Shown here: positions 49,210 through 58,630 of the stretch, piece by piece | How positions within the stretch are numbered: position 1 is the first letter of the stretch | Layout of the letters: the number at the start of each line of letters is the position of its first letter | Origin: a virus | Direction: 5' to 3' (one strand) | DNA: 64,000 bases | Virus record (IMG/VR): IMGVR_UViG_3300044988_000363 | Program-made: the position numbers and the translations under genes | Notes under the pieces: model-generated | Told to the model about the DNA's origin: nothing | The model's input: the letters and a program-made list of their open reading frames with translations, nothing else | Databases searched by the model: none

Positions 49210-49285
49210 TGGTTGTCCCTGCTGGCTCCGACCCAGCGACCCCAGTCTTATCAGGACTGTGCTCTACCAACTGAGCTAAGGGACA
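49210..49285 (-). tRNA. tRNA-Ile(GAU)
   Basis: loop CTGATAA; atypical T-loop. Confidence 0.85.
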
Positions 49286-49287
49286 TC

Positions 49288-49422
49288 AATTCTTAGAAAG
49301 ATACAGGTTTACTATGTCACTCATTCTGATGGTTGCAATCCAGAGCAGAACCTATTTGCGACACAAGGTTTGGGCTTTTTTACGGATCCTCGCCCGCACG
49401 AGCCTGTACCTATCTAAGAATT
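49288..49422 (-). ncRNA. candidate structured RNA between tRNA-Cys and tRNA-Ile
   Basis: ~20-bp closing stem AATTCTTAGA-TAGGTACAGG / CCTGTATCT-T-TCTAAGAATT with internal stems. Confidence 0.6.
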
Positions 49423-49501
49423 GGAGGGAGTGATGGGACTCGAACCCACATATTTTAGGTTTTGCAGACCTTGCCGTAACCAATTCCGGACACACACTCC
49501 C
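49422..49501 (-). tRNA. tRNA-Cys(GCA)
   Basis: loop CTGCAAA, U73, CCA. Confidence 0.85.
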
Positions 49502-49503
49502 AT

Positions 49504-49528
49504 AAAAAAGGCGGCTAAAGTAGCCGCC
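49504..49528 (-). terminator. rho-independent terminator
   Basis: GGCGGCT/AGCCGCC stem followed by T6 on minus strand. Confidence 0.75.
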
Positions 49529-49538
49529 CTCTATTTAG

Positions 49539-49817
49539 TCAGAGACCAGCGGCCAGTGCTCGATAACCTGCAGCAATTAGCTTGCGGCTAGGAGTACCTG
49601 CACGATACTTAGCGACAGTTTCGCCCTTTGAATTCTTGCGCTCGTTTAGATAGATCGCATAACCCATCTGACGGATCTGATAAACAGCGTCGTGCGGATT
49701 AGCAACACCGTAGCGAGTCTTAATCTGCGCAGCAGTAAGCTGCTCGCCACGACCAACTAGAGCCTCAAGAACCTTCTCAACCTTACTAATGCTAGCAACC
49801 ATTATATACTTCTCCAT
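49539..49817 (-). CDS. small winged-HTH-like protein
   Basis: LTAAQIKTRYGVANPHDAVYQIR. Confidence 0.65.
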   Translation of the reverse strand: MEKYIMVASISKVEKVLEALVGRGEQLTAAQIKTRYGVANPHDAVYQIRQMGYAIYLNERKNSKGETVAKYRAGTPSRKLIAAGYRALAAGL

Positions 49818-50010
49818 TATTAAAAGATGTCGACAACTCGACCGTTAGAATCAACTGCACGGATCCGAGCTTCCGGAAACTGCCACTGCAGCTGACGCAT
49901 CCCATCTCGATACAAGAGAGGAATATTCTGAGTATACGAATACGTACGCCAGTTACCCGACTGATCCTGAAGCTGAATTTCGATCATGTCCATATCCGTA
50001 ACTCCTTTTC

Positions 50011-50208
50011 TTAGGTTAACTTAATCTTACTATATTCTTCGAGGAAAGTAAAGACATTTTTTAGATCAGCGAAGATAAACTTTTTGTTCTGCCAGCTATC
50101 TTCTTGATCGTTACCACTAACCTCTACCATCCAACCGTTCTCGTAACGGTTGACAGTAACACTATCCGAAACATTCATAAATGAGTCACTTAGCTTAACC
50201 GTAGCCAT
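50011..50208 (-). CDS. hypothetical protein
   Basis: SD GAGGA, ORF. Confidence 0.6.
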   Translation of the reverse strand: MATVKLSDSFMNVSDSVTVNRYENGWMVEVSGNDQEDSWQNKKFIFADLKNVFTFLEEYSKIKLT

Positions 50209-50209
50209 A

Positions 50210-50638
50210 TCATCCTCTTCTAGATTTGGTTCCTACTGTCGTCAAATCGACATCGGGACCAGCATATTGCAATCCGCCTTTGTTATATAGCGGCATAACC
50301 AGACTCGCTTTCTTCAGGATTTCCTTCTGAACGTGCTCTGGCTCTTTGTGAAGGTTAGTCATAATATCTCGCTTCGAACAATCACCGGCGACTAGCGCCT
50401 TGTCGTCGTAATGGCGAGTAGAACGATCAACCACCATAGACTCATTATACTCTTTTCTGAACGATAAGTCAAGCGATTTTTTGTCTTTTTTAGATTTTAT
50501 TTGATCCGGGTGAAGACCCTTTGATATCAACCATCTATCGTGGTCCGAGACTAGCTTGGACTTAGCCTTATTCTTACGGCTCTGTTTACGCTTGCTAACA
50601 GTCGTCGTATAATAGGCTGGAAGAATGTGCATAGACAT
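50210..50638 (-). CDS. conserved phage hypothetical protein
   Basis: PLYNKGGLQY C-terminal motif. Confidence 0.65.
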   Translation of the reverse strand: MSMHILPAYYTTTVSKRKQSRKNKAKSKLVSDHDRWLISKGLHPDQIKSKKDKKSLDLSFRKEYNESMVVDRSTRHYDDKALVAGDCSKRDIMTNLHKEPEHVQKEILKKASLVMPLYNKGGLQYAGPDVDLTTVGTKSRRG

Positions 50639-50868
50639 AGTTATCTCCTAACTTTGTCTATCATACCCCTGACTCAGAAAAAAGTCAAGCGATAATTTCT
50701 AAGATTTGTTTCAATTTCTCTACTGAAGGTTTATACTCTTGTTCAAGTATTTCTCGAGCATATCTATGATTCTCATAGTCTAATTGTCTTAGATACTTGT
50801 ATCTAGAGTCAATAACAGCCTCTAAAACTATAGGCAATATTTCTGAATACTTGATATACAGTTTATCG

Positions 50869-51207
50869 TCATTCATCGACCTCTTCCTTCAAGTTCTCAA
50901 CAACTATATATTCAGCTTCTTTACTTATCTGCATATGTTCTTCAAGAATATCTCGAACTTTGATAAGCCGATCTTCAATATCGATAATAGTATTATGAAC
51001 AGCTTTATCATTATGACCTTCTTGAAGATCAATCAATGCTGCGTTCAAATTCATATCTGCAGAATAGTCAACTTGCCACTTATGAAACTGTCCGCCTTCG
51101 TCCATGTCTTCCATCAATTTAGGTTGAGGAAATAGAATGTTTTTAATAAGTTCTAACTTTTCTTCAGCGGGTGTATTAGTTCTTTTCTCAACTTTAAATG
51201 GCCACAT
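50869..51207 (-). CDS. hypothetical protein
   Basis: ORF in regA operon. Confidence 0.6.
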   Translation of the reverse strand: MWPFKVEKRTNTPAEEKLELIKNILFPQPKLMEDMDEGGQFHKWQVDYSADMNLNAALIDLQEGHNDKAVHNTIIDIEDRLIKVRDILEEHMQISKEAEYIVVENLKEEVDE

Positions 51208-51223
51208 AATATAATTCCTTCAA

Positions 51224-51625
51224 TTACTTTTTCTTCCGACCCATATTATATTTAGTTTCTAAAGTCCATTCATGCTTTTCTTTATGGTTGATAATCTTAA
51301 TCTGACTCATTGAAGCTAATGGCTCGTTAATACGCTCTGGGTCTACAACTTTCAACAAACCCCATTCTTGAAGTAGCTGAATAATCTTATTACGACGACC
51401 TTTATCTTCGTCAGAAAAATTAGAAGGCTTACCGTCTATAGTAAACATTTCTTTAAAATGGACAATATAATACTTACCCTGCTTATGAAAAATATGGCAG
51501 GACTGATAAAGTTTTTTCTCTTTACGTGAAGCAACACCTATACGAGTTAGGGTTTCTTTGATCTTGAGAAAATCTTCTTCTTCAGCAATCTTCACCTCAA
51601 TTAAAGAATCTAAAAGTTCATTCAT
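51224..51625 (-). CDS. regA: translational repressor RegA
   Basis: FLKIKETLTRIG, LYQSCHI, YYIVHFKE. Confidence 0.95.
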   Translation of the reverse strand: MNELLDSLIEVKIAEEEDFLKIKETLTRIGVASRKEKKLYQSCHIFHKQGKYYIVHFKEMFTIDGKPSNFSDEDKGRRNKIIQLLQEWGLLKVVDPERINEPLASMSQIKIINHKEKHEWTLETKYNMGRKKK

Positions 51626-52080
51626 TTGACTCCACCTTTATTATTTTTATTTTTTATAAGTTCAATTTGTTGTGGCGTAAGAATCTTTAATGCTTCTTTA
51701 GTGCGCACAATATTGTATTTATAATAATTAGAAACCAAGGTTTGGAGTTCTTCTTTCTTCTTACGGTCAGCCTTTTCTTTATCAGTTTCTTTAACGCCTC
51801 TCATCTTTCTTTTTCTTATAGAATTATAAAGATAATCATAATGCATTTGATCTGTCACACCATAGTGACAATTCATTTCATTAGCATAAAGAATTGTTTC
51901 TCTATAGTTTGATAAAACGCTATTAGTTCTCCATTGGCTATACTCTGAATCAACGTCAACCTCTTTACCAGAAGTTATTGAGTTTTCAAATCTCCAGTCA
52001 TACCTTGGTTTCTGTATTTTAATTTCTTGTTCAGGCTCTTTTCTTTCCTGTAACGTAACGTCTAAAAACTTAGCCATCAC
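51622..52080 (-). CDS. 62: clamp loader small subunit (gp62-like)
   Basis: ANEMN, HYDYLYNSIRKRK; position between gp44 and regA. Confidence 0.85.
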   Translation of the reverse strand: MMAKFLDVTLQERKEPEQEIKIQKPRYDWRFENSITSGKEVDVDSEYSQWRTNSVLSNYRETILYANEMNCHYGVTDQMHYDYLYNSIRKRKMRGVKETDKEKADRKKKEELQTLVSNYYKYNIVRTKEALKILTPQQIELIKNKNNKGGVK

Positions 52081-53030
52081 ACAAACTCACATTCAATCAT
52101 AACTTGAACTAGAAATGCCATAAAATTAATTTCAGGATTTGCAGCAAAAGCATTCTGGTATTGATATTTTGCTAGCTGTAGAACCAACACTGGTGCTGTT
52201 TGCTTAGTGCAAATATCAGACGAAATTTCATAGAACTGATTATAAAGATAATTAACATCCGTATCTAGATTATTTTTTACCCACTTACGGATTTCAGTAT
52301 AATTCTGTTCCTTCATCAACTTAACAAGATCCTTGATAGAAGTCTCTGTCATATTTGCTAGAATGCCAGAGTCAATCTTACCAGTCGCTGAATAACGCTG
52401 AAGCTCGTTAAGGACTCGCCGCCAATCTGGGAAGTGCTTATTGATTACTTCAGCAACAACAGCCTTATCAAACTCAATGCTTTCTGATTCAAGAATAAAT
52501 GTAACTCTCTTGAAGAACTGCGTAGCAAGCTTGGCCATAGCCTTCTTGCTAATTTTAAAATCAATTACCGAGCATCTTGAATGCAAAGGTTCAATGATAC
52601 GGTTCTTGAAGTTGCACGTAAGAATGAACCCGCAGTTTCTTGAGAACTCTTCCATAAAATTGCGAAGTGCGGGTTGAGTAGAATTGGCATTAAGATAATC
52701 CGCTTCGTCAAGGATGACATATTTCCTGCCACCGGAAAGTGATACGGATGACGCAAAGTTGAGTATTTCGTTACGAAGTGTGTCGATATTTCCATTCATA
52801 GATCCATTAATGACGATATAATCACAACCAAGCTGTTCTAGCATAGCACGTGCTACGGTCGTCTTACCGACACCTGCTGTTCCTGCTAGGATTAAATTAG
52901 GGATATTCTTTTGATCAACAAACTGTTGGAATGTTGCCTTCAAATCACAAGGAAGAATAGTTTCTTCAATAGTCTTAGGTCTGTATTTTTCAGTCCAGAT
53001 AAAATGTTCATCCATGTCAAAATTCTCCAT
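52077..53030 (-). CDS. 44: clamp loader large subunit (gp44-like)
   Basis: WTEKYRP, GTAGVGKTT, LDEAD, SRC. Confidence 0.95.
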   Translation of the reverse strand: MENFDMDEHFIWTEKYRPKTIEETILPCDLKATFQQFVDQKNIPNLILAGTAGVGKTTVARAMLEQLGCDYIVINGSMNGNIDTLRNEILNFASSVSLSGGRKYVILDEADYLNANSTQPALRNFMEEFSRNCGFILTCNFKNRIIEPLHSRCSVIDFKISKKAMAKLATQFFKRVTFILESESIEFDKAVVAEVINKHFPDWRRVLNELQRYSATGKIDSGILANMTETSIKDLVKLMKEQNYTEIRKWVKNNLDTDVNYLYNQFYEISSDICTKQTAPVLVLQLAKYQYQNAFAANPEINFMAFLVQVMIECEFV

Positions 53031-53032
53031 TA

Positions 53033-53103
53033 TATAAATAAGCGTAGGTCACGGAGTCCCCACTCCTACCTACTCTAACGCTAATTAGGAGCGCCAGCAT
53101 ATG
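53033..53103 (+). promoter_or_regulatory. repeated late-promoter/two-hairpin leader, copy 3
   Basis: TATAAATA-AGCGTAGGTCAC-GGAG-TCCCCA-CTCC-TACCTACTCT-AA-CGCT-AATTAGG-AGCG-CCAGCAT-ATG. Confidence 0.85.
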
Positions 53104-53652
53104 ATTATATATAAAATCACCAACCTTATCAATGGCAAAATTTACGTAGGTAAAACTACAAAAACCGCCAAAGAAAGATTTAAACGCCATTTCTACAACC
53201 ATAAAACTGGTAACACCTACCTCTATAAATCTATGCGAAAACATGGGTTCGATAATTTCAACATAGAAATAATAGAAAAAACTGAAAACTTGAACGAAAG
53301 AGAATCGTTTTGGATATCAGAATTATCGCCCGAATATAATATGACCTCCGGAGGAGATGGAGGAGATACTTCTCAATCCCCAAATTATATTACTGCAATA
53401 AAACAAAGAGATATATCAGGTCAAAAAAATCCAATGTTTGGAAAGAAAAGAACAGATACTGCAATCTATCTCGTTGCTGCCAGAGAAAAAATGATTCAAG
53501 CAAATAAATGTCCAGTCATTTGCGAAGGTATCGAATATGATTCAGTAGGCAAAGCCCAAGAAGCATATCCTGGAATATCTATACGCAAAAGACTGGACAA
53601 CCCAAAATATCCTAATTTCTATCGCCTAAGAGAAAAAACTATCAAAAGGTAG
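53101..53652 (+). CDS. GIY-YIG homing-endonuclease-like protein
   Basis: IIYKITNLINGKIYVGKT...RFKRH, YNMTSGG, KNPMFGKK. Confidence 0.88.
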   Translation: MIIYKITNLINGKIYVGKTTKTAKERFKRHFYNHKTGNTYLYKSMRKHGFDNFNIEIIEKTENLNERESFWISELSPEYNMTSGGDGGDTSQSPNYITAIKQRDISGQKNPMFGKKRTDTAIYLVAAREKMIQANKCPVICEGIEYDSVGKAQEAYPGISIRKRLDNPKYPNFYRLREKTIKR

Positions 53653-54295
53653 AACTTGATTCCACGGCAATATAATATTCTACATCATCATGAACAAAAT
53701 GGGAGATACCTTTTGATGAAATATTAACATCATAATCACCCGGAATGATCTTAATATTCTCAGCCTTAAAGATTGCCTTGAATGCCTTATCAGTATCACC
53801 AATCTGAACAGAATAGATGTCGCCAGAAGGATTCTTAGAATCAGCAGCCTGTAGATAAAGGTTCTTACCATCACCCATAACAACAATCTCAGGAAGAGCA
53901 AGAATGCCTGCTGCCTTCTCAACATCCTTGAGATTATCATTAGTCAAACGAAAAGTAACATCAACCGAAGGAAGATTGATTTCTCTTTCCGGAGCCTTTG
54001 TTACCGTGCTTTCGTCAGCATACACATAATGAGTCTTACGATTATTGTCAGAAATGTCAACAGACTTATCTCCAAACTTAAAATCTGGATCAGTGAAAGT
54101 GCTAACGATCGAAATGAAACGATCGAGATTATAGATTGCAAATCGTCTATCAAAGTCGGTCTTAACCTTTGCCTTTGCCATGATTGTCTTGGTTGGCGAA
54201 ATGGTCTTAAGAACATTGCCTTCCTGAACAACAATGGATGGATTGATCTTCGCAAAGTTCTTCAAAACATTAACTGTATCTGTATCAATCTTCAT
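53642..54295 (-). CDS. 45: sliding clamp (gp45-like)
   Basis: VLKNFAKINPSI, FAIYNL; synteny 45-44-62-regA. Confidence 0.92.
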   Translation of the reverse strand: MKIDTDTVNVLKNFAKINPSIVVQEGNVLKTISPTKTIMAKAKVKTDFDRRFAIYNLDRFISIVSTFTDPDFKFGDKSVDISDNNRKTHYVYADESTVTKAPEREINLPSVDVTFRLTNDNLKDVEKAAGILALPEIVVMGDGKNLYLQAADSKNPSGDIYSVQIGDTDKAFKAIFKAENIKIIPGDYDVNISSKGISHFVHDDVEYYIAVESSSTF

Positions 54296-54310
54296 AATAT
54301 ATTTCTCCTA

Positions 54311-55183
54311 TCACTTATTTTTTGACTTCATCATTTTCTTTGATTTGATTGCTCCTGGGTCTGCTGTTGCAGAAACACCAATTGAAGCAAGATCAGCAAG
54401 CGAACCACCAAAGATATAAGTTCCGACGTGCTGCAACTTCATCCATGGACAGAACCATGTGCGTAGACCAATGTCCTGCGCCTTCTGACAGAACCAATAA
54501 TCTTCTGAAAGATAACGCTTAGAAACTGGATCGATTTCTGCCTGGAAATACATAAGGATCTCGCGAGTGCCATCGAAATGTTCTGTGCGCACGTGATCAG
54601 GCTTATAACTATACTTGTCTTTATAGTGATCGTAAAACTTTTGCATGGCATTCTTCGAGACCATCATAAAGCCTGTTCCAATCTCAAGAACCTCTACTGG
54701 CTCATTGACAGGAATAGATTGCTGTCCACCCTTTGGATTAAACACATAATCGCCAACATATCTTTCAAGAACATTTGGATCATCGTCAGCAACGCCCTTA
54801 TCCACAGCGTGCTTAATCTTTTCCCAAGAGATACACTTCTTAGGATATGGACCTCCAATAATGTCATACTTCTCTTCTTCATTGGCCTGAAGAGCCATAA
54901 GAGCAATAACGTCTTGAGGATTGAATCCAATGTCAGAATCAATAAACATTAGATGCTGCATGTTAGAACGCATGAACTCATCACAGCAATAATTACGTGC
55001 ACGAGTAATTAGAGATTCATTAAACAAATAATAAAACTGTAATGGAATATTATACTGCGTACAAATAGATGCTAGATCTGAAGCAGACTTAGCAAACATA
55101 CCAGCGCATTGTCCACCATACATAGGCGCAGCAACAAACAAACCACGCTCTCTCAACTTTTCAATAGGAATCTTAATTTCCAT
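54311..55183 (-). CDS. GT-A-like glycosyltransferase
   Basis: FIDSDI (DxD), GTGFMM, SEDYWFC. Confidence 0.65.
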   Translation of the reverse strand: MEIKIPIEKLRERGLFVAAPMYGGQCAGMFAKSASDLASICTQYNIPLQFYYLFNESLITRARNYCCDEFMRSNMQHLMFIDSDIGFNPQDVIALMALQANEEEKYDIIGGPYPKKCISWEKIKHAVDKGVADDDPNVLERYVGDYVFNPKGGQQSIPVNEPVEVLEIGTGFMMVSKNAMQKFYDHYKDKYSYKPDHVRTEHFDGTREILMYFQAEIDPVSKRYLSEDYWFCQKAQDIGLRTWFCPWMKLQHVGTYIFGGSLADLASIGVSATADPGAIKSKKMMKSKNK

Positions 55184-55194
55184 AATATACCTTT

Positions 55195-55383
55195 CTATGC
55201 TGTAATAGTATTTTTATAATTACATGATTGACAATGAACTTCTTTTCGAGGAGGATGAGAAGTCAAGATCATATTAGGCTGTGATTCTACCAACTCATCG
55301 CCGCACGCAGGACACTGAATACCAGTACCATGATTCATTCTTACATTTCTCTTTTCTTCTTCATACTCTTCAAGAGTTCTCAT
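55195..55383 (-). CDS. small zinc-ribbon protein
   Basis: CPAC...CQSC. Confidence 0.65.
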   Translation of the reverse strand: MRTLEEYEEEKRNVRMNHGTGIQCPACGDELVESQPNMILTSHPPRKEVHCQSCNYKNTITA

Positions 55384-55751
55384 TTCTTATCCTTGTAGTG
55401 ATCTGCATACAACATCATTATAACATAATGAAGAACTTTTAGCAAGTCATCTTTATTGCTGCCATGTTTTTTTCCATAGCGCCAAAGATACTTGATAGCT
55501 GTGTTTCGGAAGGTGGGCATTGAGTCACCGAGGGCGAGCCACACATCAAAACATTCTATATTCTGCTCTTCAGTCATATAATGCTGCCCATATGTCTTAT
55601 CAATATAGGCATGGAAGTCACGAATAATTTCGTCTTCCTTGTATTTATATTTAGGTTCAGTGGAATTTTTCATTCTTGTATCATTAATAATCTTAGTGAG
55701 TGGAACCCATGTTTCTCGAATATCACATCCTTCACCATCTAATCTTGTCAT
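55380..55751 (-). CDS. DUF3310-like protein
   Basis: TYGQHY, AIKYLWRYGKK, DLLKVLHY. Confidence 0.75.
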   Translation of the reverse strand: MTRLDGEGCDIRETWVPLTKIINDTRMKNSTEPKYKYKEDEIIRDFHAYIDKTYGQHYMTEEQNIECFDVWLALGDSMPTFRNTAIKYLWRYGKKHGSNKDDLLKVLHYVIMMLYADHYKDKK

Positions 55752-56284
55752 TAAGTCATAACCTCCATAATATAGTCAATAATCTTTTGCTGATCTTCTT
55801 TATTATTGTTTTTCATCTTAGTAGTGTTAAACATCAACGTCATGTTTGACAGAATATTTGCAATCTTAGTTTCTCTGCCCTGAAGCCACGTTTCGTTTTG
55901 GTTACTGCCACGTTCTTTATATCTTTCTTCACGGACAGTTTTATCCGTTTCCAAATAAAGGATCTCTGTGTCATAATTTTCTACGCAATGTTCAAGAAAG
56001 GAGGATGTGAAAAGGCGGTCGCCCTCGAAAAGAACAACCGCATCTTTATCTAAACTTGCTAGGAATTTAACTGCTTCTGGCTGAACGGCCATAGACATAC
56101 GGTCTGTACCGGAAAAGGTTTCACCCTCTTCATACTTACCTAGAATATAAAGACCACCAGCCTGATGATAGGGAACTAATTTGACTTGAGTAAACTGTTC
56201 TAGAAACAGATACTTCTTCATAATCTCTTTCATTAATGTAGACTTACCAGCACCTGGTTCGCCACCAATCGCAATCACTTTCAT
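55751..56284 (-). CDS. P-loop nucleotide kinase (hypermodification-associated type)
   Basis: GGEPGAGKST, SGTDRMS, FEGDRL. Confidence 0.8.
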   Translation of the reverse strand: MKVIAIGGEPGAGKSTLMKEIMKKYLFLEQFTQVKLVPYHQAGGLYILGKYEEGETFSGTDRMSMAVQPEAVKFLASLDKDAVVLFEGDRLFTSSFLEHCVENYDTEILYLETDKTVREERYKERGSNQNETWLQGRETKIANILSNMTLMFNTTKMKNNNKEDQQKIIDYIMEVMT

Positions 56285-57276
56285 TATGTAAACCTTTCAA
56301 TACCAACAGCTTCAGGTTCAACAAACAAACCTGTGCAATCTAGAATACCATTCTCACTATATAAAGCCATTTTACTATTGTTTATTTGATTAGTCAATAG
56401 TTTATTATTTAGGGTCTCAACACGAGCATCCCACATGGGTTGCCAATCAATTCCATCCCAACCATCCTTTTCGCATTGAGCAATTTCTTCTGCCTGACGA
56501 TCAAGATAATAACTTAGGTAACGACCATGTTTAACTCTGAATAACTTTTTAAAAGAACAGAGACATGTTTCCATATCAAAGTAATCAGTATCAGGAAATT
56601 CCTCCTGAACTTCTTTTAGAATATAATACGCTTGGCCGTCAAGATAATTTATTTGTTTTGCGTTTAGTTTTTGATCATACCATTCATCTAACCCAAGAGC
56701 AAGACATAAACCGTTACGATGTGAACGTGAACCTGAATAATCGTCAAGCATTAGGTTACTTGGTTCAATGGGTAATCCACAACATTGTTTAAGAGTTTGT
56801 AAATAAAACCAAGTTGAGTAACGACCAAACTTATGAAACTTGGTCTTAACTTCGTCCCATAGCGCATCAAAGTTTTCTCTTGGTGTTCCAGTAAGGAACG
56901 GGCGAAACGCTTCAATTTGAGAACGATCACCAACCCAGTTTTTGTAAGATTCAAACTGTGCAGGCAAATGACCCTTGTTCCACTTAGTGTCTGTTTGATA
57001 ACGTAGTCTTTTATAATTATGATTGTTCCAATCTTTCAGGCGATCAAGACCAACAAGTTCCATGTCTGGAAACTCATTCCATATCACCCAAGTTGTTGGA
57101 AAATAATACGTTGTGCCGTAGATCCAAGCAATCCAGAGTTTTTGTTCTCTGTTATGCTCGAACCTACGGAACAAGTAATTGGTCATAAAGATAGCGGGGT
57201 CGCAATCCTTAATGGAAAGCGACCACCGATACCAGTTTATAAAGTCTTGCTTACTTTTCGAATACGGGTAAGACAT
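56284..57276 (-). CDS. alpha-glutamyl/putrescinyl thymine pyrophosphorylase clade 2-like (amino acid:DNA transferase)
   Basis: WIYGTTY, FGRYSTWFYLQ, METCLCSFKK, YYLDR; adjacent to kinase. Confidence 0.75.
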   Translation of the reverse strand: MSYPYSKSKQDFINWYRWSLSIKDCDPAIFMTNYLFRRFEHNREQKLWIAWIYGTTYYFPTTWVIWNEFPDMELVGLDRLKDWNNHNYKRLRYQTDTKWNKGHLPAQFESYKNWVGDRSQIEAFRPFLTGTPRENFDALWDEVKTKFHKFGRYSTWFYLQTLKQCCGLPIEPSNLMLDDYSGSRSHRNGLCLALGLDEWYDQKLNAKQINYLDGQAYYILKEVQEEFPDTDYFDMETCLCSFKKLFRVKHGRYLSYYLDRQAEEIAQCEKDGWDGIDWQPMWDARVETLNNKLLTNQINNSKMALYSENGILDCTGLFVEPEAVGIERFT

Positions 57277-58555
57277 CTAGCTCCAATGGAAGATTGCAGT
57301 ATTTGATTACTTCTTTGAGATTTTCCACCCAGCCCTTTTCAACAGATTCTGAGTATTCTTCTTTGCTCTTATAGTATACTACAATTGCACCCTTCTTCAA
57401 CTTCTCTGATCGCATATGTCGCAGAGCGTATCCAATAGCTTCACCAAATTTCAGTTTGGTGCCGTGAGTATAAATTGCAGCAATTCCCTTCACTTCATAC
57501 TTATTTGCAGTGTAACGTGTCAAATAAGCATCATCATATGTGATCAAGTTCTTCTGATATTTTAGTTCTGCCTGATCTTTATTGAAGTCTGTCAAAATAG
57601 ACTGAAGAGCACCAGATAGCTGCTTTTTTGTTGCAGCAACAGAAGTAAAACGCTCGTAAATAAGTTTGCGAGCCTTCTCTATGTCTTCATTCTTATTAAA
57701 ATCAAGCTTGAAGCTAAGAAGATAGTTGATAACATTACGCTTCAAATCTTCTTTGCTGTTTGTCTTCTTGATCTCGAAAGATTCTCTGTTTTCATAAAGA
57801 CCAAACAAATCATAGTTGTTCTGCTTTTCCAATTCATTAGAACCAAATTCTGATTCATGGATGAAAATAACAGGAACGCTATCCCACCCCTTTGCCTTTT
57901 TGGCAGCAGCAAACCTTGTGTTACCATCGACAATCATTTTCGTGCCGCAATCCTTAACGACACAAACAATCGGCTTAAACACCTGTCTTGCTAAGGAAGG
58001 ATTCTCTTCCATTCGAGTAACAATCTCACGAACAGAATGAGGGTCAACAATAACAGTTCTTACCTGATTACGTTCAAACTGTTCGACCTCAAAGATAGAA
58101 AGAGTCTCATAGTCTTTAAGGTCAGTAAGATACTTTACATTCTGTGAAAGACGTTCAACCAACTCAACATCAGTTGATGTTGTCTTCTTTCCTTCAATAC
58201 CGTTTCCTCTACCTTCAATATAATCTATGACAATCTTTTTCATGTTTGGTGTTAGCAACGAAAGATCTACGCAATGAGCGTTATTACGCTCAATGTAAAA
58301 CATATCCTTGTTAACTTTAGTACCATAATCAAGAGCAAACCATTCTAGAGTTTGCGCCACATTATCTTGATCAGCAGCGCCTTCGAACAAAAGAGTCTTT
58401 TCCACTAGACCCTTAGAATAGTCTTTCCAAAATTCTTCGTTCTTAAGCGAAGTAATATAATTATAATAATCTTTACCGTTTGGGGATTTATACCCAATGT
58501 TAATCTTACCACTCTTCTTGCAACGCTGACCATAAACCTGAACTGAATTTTGCAT
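57251..58555 (-). CDS. ParB/Srx-like domain protein with possible GIY-YIG-like N-terminus
   Basis: PIVCV...IVDGNTRFAA; own TTGACA-N17-TAATAT promoter (58622-58650) and SD GAGGAG. Confidence 0.65.
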   Translation of the reverse strand: MQNSVQVYGQRCKKSGKINIGYKSPNGKDYYNYITSLKNEEFWKDYSKGLVEKTLLFEGAADQDNVAQTLEWFALDYGTKVNKDMFYIERNNAHCVDLSLLTPNMKKIVIDYIEGRGNGIEGKKTTSTDVELVERLSQNVKYLTDLKDYETLSIFEVEQFERNQVRTVIVDPHSVREIVTRMEENPSLARQVFKPIVCVVKDCGTKMIVDGNTRFAAAKKAKGWDSVPVIFIHESEFGSNELEKQNNYDLFGLYENRESFEIKKTNSKEDLKRNVINYLLSFKLDFNKNEDIEKARKLIYERFTSVAATKKQLSGALQSILTDFNKDQAELKYQKNLITYDDAYLTRYTANKYEVKGIAAIYTHGTKLKFGEAIGYALRHMRSEKLKKGAIVVYYKSKEEYSESVEKGWVENLKEVIKYCNLPLELDVLPVFEK

Positions 58556-58630
58556 GATAATACTCCTCTTAGTGCGGGATAGTACTTCATTACTAGATTG
58601 AGAACTATTCTCAATAAACATATATTACCA

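Noticed and set aside
44227-49501. Stop-codon reassignment or suppressor tRNA
   Set aside because: No CUA, UUA or UCA anticodon was found, and core genes are intact under the standard code.
53017-53244. ORFs 53017-53244(-) and 43225-43485(+) sharing an RVGR..VTY.YLYN peptide
   Set aside because: The similarity is the reverse-strand translation of the conserved leader element, not evidence of a protein family.
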